A stretch of 64,000 bases of DNA. It comes from Vulcanimicrobiota bacterium (lineage in GTDB: Bacteria; Vulcanimicrobiota; Vulcanimicrobiia; Vulcanimicrobiales; Vulcanimicrobiaceae). The notes under the pieces are model-generated. The model was given only the letters and a program-made list of their open reading frames with translations, was not told the DNA's origin and made no database searches. Where the stretch lies: NCBI GenBank assembly GCA_963730125.1, contig CAVSQP010000019.1, positions 94,826-158,825 on the forward strand, in the 5' to 3' direction. Made by a program: the position numbers and the translations under genes. The stretch's first letter is position 1, and each line of letters opens with the position of its first letter. Below, one piece after another: positions 31,587 to 39,556 of the stretch.

Positions 31587-32473
31587 GCCGTTCCACGTTT
31601 GCGCAGGTGCTGGCAGCGAGCGAATCGGCTCGTCTGTCGTTCGAGCCGGCGCGCGGCGGCGTGCTGAGCTGGAACACTCACGCGCCAAGCGGACGGCTTT
31701 CGTTTCGTTTGCTGCGTGCCGGACAGCCCGCCTCGGAGTGGATGGATTACGCGCAATGGCAGCCGACCGGCGCGAAGTCCTTCAGCCCGGAACACGAGGG
31801 CACGCGCGTCGAGGTGGAGGTTATTCAAACGACGCAGCCTTTCGACGGCATCGAGGCACGAGCGCGCGACGTCTATTTCGAATTGCTCGCCTTCTCGTCG
31901 CCGGTGCGATGCCGCCCGTCGCTTCCCTATGTCCGCGACGCGATGATCTTGGACGTGCCGGTGCGCTCGCAGTACGTCGAAGGATTCAACGAGCGGGGAT
32001 GGTGTAGTCCGGCAAGCCTATCGATGATTCATTCCTATCACGGCATCGATGCCGGCGTCCCGGAAACGGCCCGCGAAGTCTTCGACCGCGCCTATAACGG
32101 CACGGGAAACTGGTCGTTCAACGTCGCGTATAGCGGCCGCCTCGGGCTGCGCGGCGTCGTCGCGCATTTGCGCAACCTCGACCACGCGGCGCGCTTAATC
32201 GAGCGGAATCTGCCGATTGCACTCTCCTATTCGTGGCACGGCGGCGAGTTGCCGGGCGCACCGCTCGAGCAGTCCGCCGGCCACCTCGCCGTGCTCTGCG
32301 GATTCACCGGCAGCGGCGATTGCGCGGTCAACGATCCGGCCGCGCCCAACGTGCGCGTGGTTTATCCGCGTTCGGCGCTCGAACGGATCTGGCAGCGTAA
32401 CGACGGCATCGCCTACGTGGTCGCACCGGCCGGCATCGAGTATGCCGACGTCCTTGCCGCGGGCGCGCCCTAG
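31568..32473 (+). CDS. Peptidase C39-like (papain-fold cysteine peptidase) family protein
   Basis: Internal ATG at 31568, a 19-nt overlap with the SBP gene. The C-terminal domain has a candidate nucleophile (ERGWCSPASLSMI) and a His (SAGHLAVLCGF). There is a roughly 130-aa N-terminal domain of unknown type. Confidence 0.6.
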   Translation: MAVDHLSRSTFAQVLAASESARLSFEPARGGVLSWNTHAPSGRLSFRLLRAGQPASEWMDYAQWQPTGAKSFSPEHEGTRVEVEVIQTTQPFDGIEARARDVYFELLAFSSPVRCRPSLPYVRDAMILDVPVRSQYVEGFNERGWCSPASLSMIHSYHGIDAGVPETAREVFDRAYNGTGNWSFNVAYSGRLGLRGVVAHLRNLDHAARLIERNLPIALSYSWHGGELPGAPLEQSAGHLAVLCGFTGSGDCAVNDPAAPNVRVVYPRSALERIWQRNDGIAYVVAPAGIEYADVLAAGAP

Positions 32474-32474
32474 C

Positions 32475-33260
32475 ATGCGAAGTCTCGACGACATTTCCGC
32501 GGCGGTCGTTCGCTGCACGCGCTGCCCCGAGTTGCGCGCCTACACCGCACAGGTGGCACGGGAAAAAAAGCGCGCACATCGCGAGTGCGAGTATTGGGGG
32601 CGGCCGGTGCCGGCCTTCGGCGACCCGCGCGCGCGGCTGATGCTGGTGGGGCTCGCGCCCGGCGCGCACGGAAGCAATCGTACCGGGCGCCCGTTTACCG
32701 GCGACGCATCGGGAGACTTTCTCTATCCCGCGCTGTACCGCGCCGGATTCGCTTCGCAACCGATGGCGACGAGTCGCGAGGACGGGCTCGTCTTACGCGA
32801 TTGCCTGATCACCGCCGCCGCGCGCTGCGCGCCGCCGCAGAACAAACCGACGCCGCAAGAGCTGCGCAACTGCTTTCCTTATTTAGTGGAAGAGTTCGAG
32901 GCGCTCTCGCGCTTGCGGGTAGCCGTCGGCCTGGGCGCGATCGGATTTGCGGCGCTTTTGCGCGTGATGCGCGAGCTCGGCTTCACGCTCGAGCCGGTGG
33001 ACTGGGCCTTCGCGCACGGCGCCGAGGTTAGGGCGCGATCGGATAAGCGTACGGTCGTTGCGATCGCCTCCTATCACCCCAGCCGGCAAAACACGAACAC
33101 CGGAAAGCTTACCGTGCCGATGTTCGACGCGATCTTTACTCGGGCGAACGCACTTCTGGGGCTAGACGTACGTGAAGATCGCGCAGCAGCTGTTCCGGGA
33201 CGCCGCTCGGCGCGTCCATCATCAAATCGCGCCCCAGCTGATTCTTCGGGAAAGCGATAA
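32475..33260 (+). CDS. Uracil-DNA glycosylase, family 4/5 (UdgB-like)
   Basis: The internal ATG at 32475 follows the peptidase stop after 1 nt. Fe-S cysteines (CTRCPEL… C…), motif A GLAPGAHGSNRTGRPFTGD, motif B SYHPSRQN. The 3' tail overlaps aspS on the opposite strand. Confidence 0.8.
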   Translation: MRSLDDISAAVVRCTRCPELRAYTAQVAREKKRAHRECEYWGRPVPAFGDPRARLMLVGLAPGAHGSNRTGRPFTGDASGDFLYPALYRAGFASQPMATSREDGLVLRDCLITAAARCAPPQNKPTPQELRNCFPYLVEEFEALSRLRVAVGLGAIGFAALLRVMRELGFTLEPVDWAFAHGAEVRARSDKRTVVAIASYHPSRQNTNTGKLTVPMFDAIFTRANALLGLDVREDRAAAVPGRRSARPSSNRAPADSSGKR

Positions 33261-34902
33261 CCTCGCGAATGCTCGTCTCGCCGCAGGCGAGCATGGCGAT
33301 ACGGTCGATTCCGAGCGCCATTCCGCCGTGCGGCGGCGCCCCGTACTCGAGCGCTCGCACGAAGAAACCGAATCGCTCCTCGATTTGCTCCGCCGTCAAT
33401 CCCAGCATCTCGAAGATCTTTCGCTGCTCGCCGGGCTTGTGAATGCGGATCGAGCCCGAGCCCAGCTCGTAACCGTTGAGCACGAGATCGTAGTGCTGCG
33501 CGCGCATCTCGAGCGGCGAGCGATCGATTAAGTCCCAGTCGCCGGGCGACGGTGCGGTAAACGGATGGTGCGCCGGGGCCGGCCGGCCGGTCTCTTCGTC
33601 GATCTCCAAATACGGAAAGTCGGTAACCCAAGCGAAGGCAAAGCGCTGCGGATCGCGCAGATTGCAGCGGTCGCCGATTTCGTTGCGCATTTTTCCGGCA
33701 ACGGCGTACGTCAACGCGCGTTCGCCGGCGAACAGCAGCACGGCGTCGCCATTTTCCGCGTCGAGCGCGCCTTTTAACGCGGCGACGTTCTCGTCGTTGA
33801 GGAACTTCGACGCCGGCGATTTGATGCCGTCGGGAGCGAGCGCGATCCAGACCATGCCTTTGGCACCGAACTGTTTGGCGGTCTCGGTGAGCGCGTCGAA
33901 CTCGCGCCGCGATAGCGCAGCCCCGCCGGGGAAGCGCAAACCTACGACGGCGCCCCCGGCATCGAGCGCTCCGCGAAAGACGGCGAACTCGCTCTGCGCG
34001 AACGCGGCGCCCACGTCTGCCAGCTCGAGGCCAAAGCGCAGGTCGGGCTTGTCCAAGCCGTAGCGCGCGATCGCGTCGCGGTGGCTCAAGCGCGGGAAGG
34101 CCGGCAGATCGGTCTCCATCACCTGCGCCCAGACGTAGCGCATCGCCGACTCCATCGTCTCGAGCACGTCTTCTTGCGAGCAGAAGGCCAACTCTACGTC
34201 GAGCTGCGTGAACTCCGGTTGCCGGTCGGCACGCAAATCTTCGTCGCGCATGCAGCGCGCGATCTGCATGTAGCGTCCGAAGCCCGAAATCATCAGAATT
34301 TGCTTGAGCATCTGCGGCGACTGCGGCAGCGCGTAGAACGAGCCCGGGTGCAGGCGGCTGGGAACGAGATAGTCTCGCGCGCCCTCGGGCGTCGACTTGA
34401 TCATCATCGGCGTTTCGATCTCGAGGAAGTCTCGCGAGTCAAAGAAATCGCGCAGTGCCTTGATGATTTGGTGGCGCACGCGGAGATTGTTCTGCATGCG
34501 CGAGCGCCGCAAGTCGAGATAGCGGTACTCCAGGCGCAGATTTTCGTCGACCGCTTCGTCGCTGTTGACGGCAAAGGGTGGGACCTGCGAGCGGTTGAGG
34601 ATCTCGAGCGAGTCGGCCGGAATCTCGACGTCGCCGGTCGCCAGCCGCGGATTTTCCGTTCCCGCCGGCCGCCGGCGCACGGTCCCGGCGACGCGCAGCA
34701 CGTCTTCGTTGCGCAAGTGCTCGGCTTCGGCAAAAGCCGCGTTCTGCGGATCGAAGACGACCTGGGTCACGCCCTCGCGATCGCGCAGGTCGACGAAGAT
34801 CAGGCCGCCGTGGTCGCGGCGCCGATTCACCCAGCCTGCGAGCTCCACGGTCTTGCCGGCATCGCCGGCGCGCAGCGCTCCGCACGAGATCTTGTCTGGC
34901 AT
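33136..34902 (-). CDS. aspS: Aspartate--tRNA ligase
   Basis: 588 aa. OB-fold N-terminus, motif 2 MRDEDLRADRQPEFTQLDVE, GAD insertion domain, motif 3 GGMALGIDR. Confidence 0.97.
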   Translation of the reverse strand: MPDKISCGALRAGDAGKTVELAGWVNRRRDHGGLIFVDLRDREGVTQVVFDPQNAAFAEAEHLRNEDVLRVAGTVRRRPAGTENPRLATGDVEIPADSLEILNRSQVPPFAVNSDEAVDENLRLEYRYLDLRRSRMQNNLRVRHQIIKALRDFFDSRDFLEIETPMMIKSTPEGARDYLVPSRLHPGSFYALPQSPQMLKQILMISGFGRYMQIARCMRDEDLRADRQPEFTQLDVELAFCSQEDVLETMESAMRYVWAQVMETDLPAFPRLSHRDAIARYGLDKPDLRFGLELADVGAAFAQSEFAVFRGALDAGGAVVGLRFPGGAALSRREFDALTETAKQFGAKGMVWIALAPDGIKSPASKFLNDENVAALKGALDAENGDAVLLFAGERALTYAVAGKMRNEIGDRCNLRDPQRFAFAWVTDFPYLEIDEETGRPAPAHHPFTAPSPGDWDLIDRSPLEMRAQHYDLVLNGYELGSGSIRIHKPGEQRKIFEMLGLTAEQIEERFGFFVRALEYGAPPHGGMALGIDRIAMLACGETSIREVIAFPKNQLGRDLMMDAPSGVPEQLLRDLHVRLAPEVRSPE

Positions 34903-35795
34903 TATCCTTCCTTAACTCCGGAAACGTAATAATATTGCAAGAGGAGCTCCCGCGCCAGCCGGGACCGCGCGGATTGCCGATCGAGGTAGCCGAGCAGGAG
35001 CGGCATGCGCATGAGCGCCGCGTGAAGACCCAGAGAAACCGGCGTCATGCCGAGGTTCACCATCACGCCAAGGTGTGGATGCTTGCGATAGAACCGCGCC
35101 GTCGAGCGCCCGGCGAGCCGCATCTTCTCTTTTTGATCCTGATACGGCACGTCTTGGCAGTGATAGTTCACCGCGCGCGGTTCGTAGAGAATCTCGATGC
35201 CCAAACGCTGCAGCCGGTAACCGAGCTCCAAATCTTCATGCCCGTAGCCGGTAAAGCTTTCGTCAAAGCAACCGGCGCGTACGAGGTCATCGCGCCGGAC
35301 CGAAGCGTTGCCGGTCAGGAAGTAGAGCCACGAAAGTTTTTTTCGCGAGGGCGGATGGAGATGCCCGCGAGCTTCGGGATGGTCGCGCTTGTGTTGGTAA
35401 TCGTCAAAATCTTTGACTTGGACTTCGAGACCGACGACGGCAATGCCGGCTCGCTCGCGATGGTGCTGCAGGTGAATGGTCAGCAGATCGGGTGACGCGA
35501 GAATGTCGGCGTCGTTAAAGAGCACGATCTCCCCGCGCGCCGCGGCGATGCCGGCGTTGCGTGCCGCCGCGCGGCCGCTGAAAGCCCCGGCAATATGACG
35601 CACCCCGTCGCGCTCGCGACTCAGAGCGGCGAGATACTCTGCCGTTCCGTCGGTGGAGTTAGAATCGCAGACGAGCAGCTCGTACTGCGACGGGGACAGA
35701 CTCTGCGCGAGCAGAGTCGGCATCACCAGCTCGAGCGTCTCGAGGCGATTGTAGGTCGGAATGACGACCGAAACGTCGGGCAGCGGTGAATTCAC
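34902..35795 (-). CDS. Glycosyltransferase family 2
   Basis: 297 aa. VSVVIPTYNR, DSNSTDGT, NDADI, GHEDLELGYRL. Confidence 0.85.
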   Translation of the reverse strand: MNSPLPDVSVVIPTYNRLETLELVMPTLLAQSLSPSQYELLVCDSNSTDGTAEYLAALSRERDGVRHIAGAFSGRAAARNAGIAAARGEIVLFNDADILASPDLLTIHLQHHRERAGIAVVGLEVQVKDFDDYQHKRDHPEARGHLHPPSRKKLSWLYFLTGNASVRRDDLVRAGCFDESFTGYGHEDLELGYRLQRLGIEILYEPRAVNYHCQDVPYQDQKEKMRLAGRSTARFYRKHPHLGVMVNLGMTPVSLGLHAALMRMPLLLGYLDRQSARSRLARELLLQYYYVSGVKEG

Positions 35796-36775
35796 GATTG
35801 CGTCATGAGACGCGCGACTCCGCCGACGATTTCCTGCCGGAAGCGCGTAAGCGATGCCTCATCTTCGGTTGCCGGTTTGCGGACGAGCACGTGGGGCACG
35901 CCGTACGGCGACCACTCCTGCGAGTTAAGTCGGAAGTAGCGATGCTCGAAGGCAACGACCGTTGGGCGGCCGACTGCGCTGGCGACGTGAGTCGCGCCGG
36001 TATCTACCGTGACGACGATCCGGCCACGCTCCAGCACCGCTGCCCACTCATGGAATGGAAGTCCGTAGATCAGCCGCGCCACGCCGGGGTGCTTTTCGAA
36101 ATACCGCGCCTTTGATTCGCAATCGCTCGCACAGGTGACCACGACCGGCGCGAACTTGGCCAGGTCCTCGACGATGGCCAGCGTGCTCTCGAGGGTGCTG
36201 CCTTCGACGAACCACCGCTGACCGAGATGCATCACGATCGGATCCGCGGGAAGCGTTCGCGCAACTACGCGATCCTCGTCGGTTACGCCGAGGCGCAGCG
36301 TGGTGACGCGCTCGCGCGCGCCCGCCAGCGCAACGAGGTCGAGCAGCTGGTCGACTTCGTGGCGAACGACGCGTCCCGGCTCTCGGTCGCAGAGATCGGG
36401 ATCGGCCTCGGAGACCATCAGGCGGTTGAGATAGAGTCCTGCGGTCAGGCGAGCGAACCAGCGCCGCTCGTACGTATAACCCACACGCAGTGCGGCGCGC
36501 GTGCCGCCGGCGATTTGAAGATCGACCGCGCGAGGTGCGAGCGCGATGGCGACGTCGTATCCGGCGTAACGCGAACCGAAGCGTCCCGGAGAAGCCCCGT
36601 GCGGCAAGACGGCGATCTCGTCGACGTCGTCGTTGCGATCCATCACCTCGCGATTGTATTCGCTCGTCACCATCGTCACGTGCGCGCCGGGAAAGGACCG
36701 GCGGACCGTTGCGATCGCCGGCGTAGAAAGCACGAGGTCGCCGATGCGATCGGTGCGCGAGAGTAGAATCTTCAC
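35792..36775 (-). CDS. Glycosyltransferase family 9 (heptosyltransferase-like)
   Basis: 327 aa. MKILLSRTDRIGDLVLSTPA (GT9 N-terminus) and C-terminal VTVDTGATHVASAVGRPTV. Confidence 0.85.
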   Translation of the reverse strand: MKILLSRTDRIGDLVLSTPAIATVRRSFPGAHVTMVTSEYNREVMDRNDDVDEIAVLPHGASPGRFGSRYAGYDVAIALAPRAVDLQIAGGTRAALRVGYTYERRWFARLTAGLYLNRLMVSEADPDLCDREPGRVVRHEVDQLLDLVALAGARERVTTLRLGVTDEDRVVARTLPADPIVMHLGQRWFVEGSTLESTLAIVEDLAKFAPVVVTCASDCESKARYFEKHPGVARLIYGLPFHEWAAVLERGRIVVTVDTGATHVASAVGRPTVVAFEHRYFRLNSQEWSPYGVPHVLVRKPATEDEASLTRFRQEIVGGVARLMTQS

Positions 36776-37683
36776 GCCGGGGGCGAGTCAAGACGCAGCG
36801 CGCGTTCCAGCTCGTCGAAATAGACTTCGTTCGCCAATGCTCCGGCGGCACGCAGTTCGTCCGGCCGCAACTCGCGATCGACGCCCGGCGGCGGCAAGCG
36901 CCGGCGAAGACGCTCTTGTGCGCCGGTCGCCCGAACGGCGGCGTGGTAGCGGCGCTGCACCGGATTGATTCCCGTCGCGAGATAGGCGCGCCAATGCGGA
37001 TGCAGGTGCACGAGCCGTACCGCCGTTCGCGCCTGAGCACGCGCCTGCTCGAGCATGCGCTCGATGCTGCCGGACCGGCGCGGCGGCTTGACGTGATAGA
37101 CGAGCGCCTGCGGCCGGAAGACCGCCCGAACGCCGGCGAAGCGCAGGCGCAGACCGACGTCGATGTCCTCCCATCCGTATTCGCTGAACGACTCGTCGAA
37201 GGCGCCGATGGCGCGCAAGGTCGCCAGCGGCACCGACACGTTGGTCGTCCAGAAATAATTGCCGCTGTAGTTGCGGATGCTCCATAACGGCGTCGGCAGG
37301 TTGTCGGGCGAGCTTACCTCGATAGCACCGCCGCGCACGATGTCGTTTGGACGGCTCGCATGAGCTCGCAAATGCTCCTCGACGAAGTTCGGCAGCGGAA
37401 GCACGTCGTCGTCGATGAAGATGATTCGCTCGCCGCTCGCTCGTGCGATACCGGCGTTGCGCGCGGCGGCCAAACCCGCATTGCTCTGACTCACGACGAT
37501 GAAGGGGCAGGTCGCGCGGCTGCGCGCCCGCTCGATCACCGCCGGCGTCGCATCGCTGGAGCCGTCGTCAACGAGCACGACCTCATAATCGCCTTCCGGA
37601 ACGTTCTGCTCGAAGCAGGCCTCGAGAACGCGTTCGAGCAGCGCGGCGCGGTTGTAGGTGCAGAACTGCAGCGTTGCCTTCAC
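36772..37683 (-). CDS. Glycosyltransferase family 2
   Basis: The GTG at 37683 overlaps the upstream stop (GTGA). CTYNRAALL, VDDGSSDAT, IDDDV, YGWEDIDVGLRL. Confidence 0.85.
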   Translation of the reverse strand: MKATLQFCTYNRAALLERVLEACFEQNVPEGDYEVVLVDDGSSDATPAVIERARSRATCPFIVVSQSNAGLAAARNAGIARASGERIIFIDDDVLPLPNFVEEHLRAHASRPNDIVRGGAIEVSSPDNLPTPLWSIRNYSGNYFWTTNVSVPLATLRAIGAFDESFSEYGWEDIDVGLRLRFAGVRAVFRPQALVYHVKPPRRSGSIERMLEQARAQARTAVRLVHLHPHWRAYLATGINPVQRRYHAAVRATGAQERLRRRLPPPGVDRELRPDELRAAGALANEVYFDELERALRLDSPPA

Positions 37684-38684
37684 GATATCAGCGTCTCGAC
37701 CGCGGAGATGATCCGCGGAACGTCGAGGTGAGCGATGCAGGCATAATCCCGGCAGCGCTCCTTGGTGTCTCCGCGATGACAGGGATACGATGCACGCACG
37801 ACTTCGGTGCGGCGACCGAGGGGCGCCCAGCGATCGGGGTAGTCGGATTGAAACGGAAATACGCCGATCGTCGGACACTCGACCGCGGCGGCGACATGCA
37901 TCGAGCCGGTGGTGATGCCGACGAAGGCGGCGGCGCGTTTCGCCAGCGCTCCGAAGGTTCCGACGCTGGTTCTGCCCGCAATCGACGCAACGTTGCTGCC
38001 GGCCCGCTGGGCGATGCCTTCGGCCATCGGTGCGTCGGCCGGCGAACCGCTTACCAAGATCTGCGCCCCGAAGCGCTCGCGCAGATCACGCGCCAGCGAC
38101 GCCCAGCCGTCGAGCGGCCAGATTCCACGCGCCGATGCGACGGCGTTGCACGGATTCAATAGAAAGAACGGCTTGCCGCCCCGCCATATCGCGTCGGCCT
38201 CTAGCTCGTCTTGTTTGGTCGGAACGAAGCGATAGAAGGGCTCGTCGGTATCGCAATCGATGGCGCGCGCAAAATCGAGCAGGATCTGCGACCAATGTGA
38301 GGTGACGTCGCCGCGTTCGCTGCGAACGACCACGCGACGGGTGAAGCGGAACGAGTAAAAGCGCCGCGCCTGTCCGACGCGGACCGGGATGGCGGCGCGC
38401 TGCGGAACGTGCGCGGTGCGTCGTGTCGCCCAGGTAACGACGCACGCATCGTACTTCGAGGCGGCCAGACGCTGCGCCAACGCCGCGTCGTCTCCGCCGT
38501 CATCGAGCAACACGCCGTCCACGTCGGGGACGCGTTCGAGTAGAGACGCGTGAGCCGGGAGCGTCAATGCGTCGACGCGTTCGAACCTCCGGTGCAAAGC
38601 ACGCGCGACCAGCGAAGCGACGAGCGAATCGCCGATGCCGCCGCCCGCGCAGTAGAGCAGCGCGCGATCACCCATCGCTTGCAT
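37680..38684 (-). CDS. Glycosyltransferase family 9 (heptosyltransferase-like)
   Basis: Internal ATG at 38684 or 38675 (MQAMGDRALLYCAGGGIGDSLVAS). C-terminal VGITTGSMHVAAAVECPTIGVF. The upstream part of ORF 37680..39140 is out of frame over the GT2 gene. Confidence 0.85.
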   Translation of the reverse strand: MQAMGDRALLYCAGGGIGDSLVASLVARALHRRFERVDALTLPAHASLLERVPDVDGVLLDDGGDDAALAQRLAASKYDACVVTWATRRTAHVPQRAAIPVRVGQARRFYSFRFTRRVVVRSERGDVTSHWSQILLDFARAIDCDTDEPFYRFVPTKQDELEADAIWRGGKPFFLLNPCNAVASARGIWPLDGWASLARDLRERFGAQILVSGSPADAPMAEGIAQRAGSNVASIAGRTSVGTFGALAKRAAAFVGITTGSMHVAAAVECPTIGVFPFQSDYPDRWAPLGRRTEVVRASYPCHRGDTKERCRDYACIAHLDVPRIISAVETLIS

Positions 38685-39550
38685 CGAGCGCCCGAACCAG
38701 CTCGCGCGAGTAAATTCCGTCGAGAAAAGCCGCGCGCGCAATCCCGCCGAGCCACTGCGGCCCATGCGGGTTCGTCGCCAGCCCGGCGTAGATTGCAAGC
38801 AACGCGTCGGGCAGGAGGAAACGCGCCCGCAGCACGTTGAGCGGATGCGCGCCGGTCGCCATGCGCGCGCGGCTCGACGGATGCTTGGCGAGAAAGCGGC
38901 GCGCCATTCGCGCGCGCTCGACGGCCTTGCGGCTCTGCACTTCGAGCGTTTCTTCCGCGGGAGGCTTGAGATGCCACAAAAAGGCATCCCACGCGAAACG
39001 CCAGGATAAGCCGGCTGCGCGCAGGCGGAGTCCCAGCTCGGTATCCTCCCACCCGTACAGCTCGAAGCTTTCGTCGAAACCACCCACGGCGTGGAAAGAT
39101 TTGGCCGGAAGCGACGCGTTGCACGTGCAGAGGAAGGCACGCGAGTAGTTGGCCGGCCGCGGCTTGGGACGCTGCGCGGGCGAAGGCACGTTGAGGATGG
39201 GGCCGTTGACTACGCCTGGGTCGCCGCCGGCGTGCGCCGCCGCGTGCGCGGCCAGCCAGCCCGCGCGGCAACGCCACGTCGTCGTCGCAGAAGACGAGGT
39301 AGTCGCCGCGCGCGGCGGCCACGCCGCGATTGCGCGCCTTTCCCCTATTAGGTTTTGGCTCGAAGACGTAGGTCATCGCCAAGCCCTCGCGCGCGTGCCT
39401 CTCCACGACGGCACGCGTCGAGTCGGTCGACCCGTTGTCGGCAACGACGACCTCGAACGGCGGCGCGCCGGTCTGCGCGGCGAGCGCGGAAAGCGCGCCG
39501 TCTAAGTAGCGTTCGCGATCTTTGGTCGCGATAACGACCGAGCAGTCCAT
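38668..39550 (-). pseudogene. Glycosyltransferase family 2 gene split by a +1 frame change
   Basis: The N-terminal half (MDCSVVIATKDRERYL…VVADNGSTDST…YLVFCDDDVALPRG) is in one frame, starting at 39550. The C-terminal half (WLAAHAAAHAGGDPGVVNGPILNVP…FDESFELYGWEDTELGLRL…) is in the next frame, ending at 38668. The junction is at the ccc/ggg run at 39260-39262. Confidence 0.75.
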
Positions 39551-39556
39551 GCGCGG

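Noticed and set aside
36048-37040. 330-aa Arg-rich minus-strand ORF overlapping two glycosyltransferase genes
   Set aside because: It is out of frame over the GT9 and GT2 genes, which have clear family motifs, and its composition is extreme in Arg, Ala and Ser. It is a shadow ORF.
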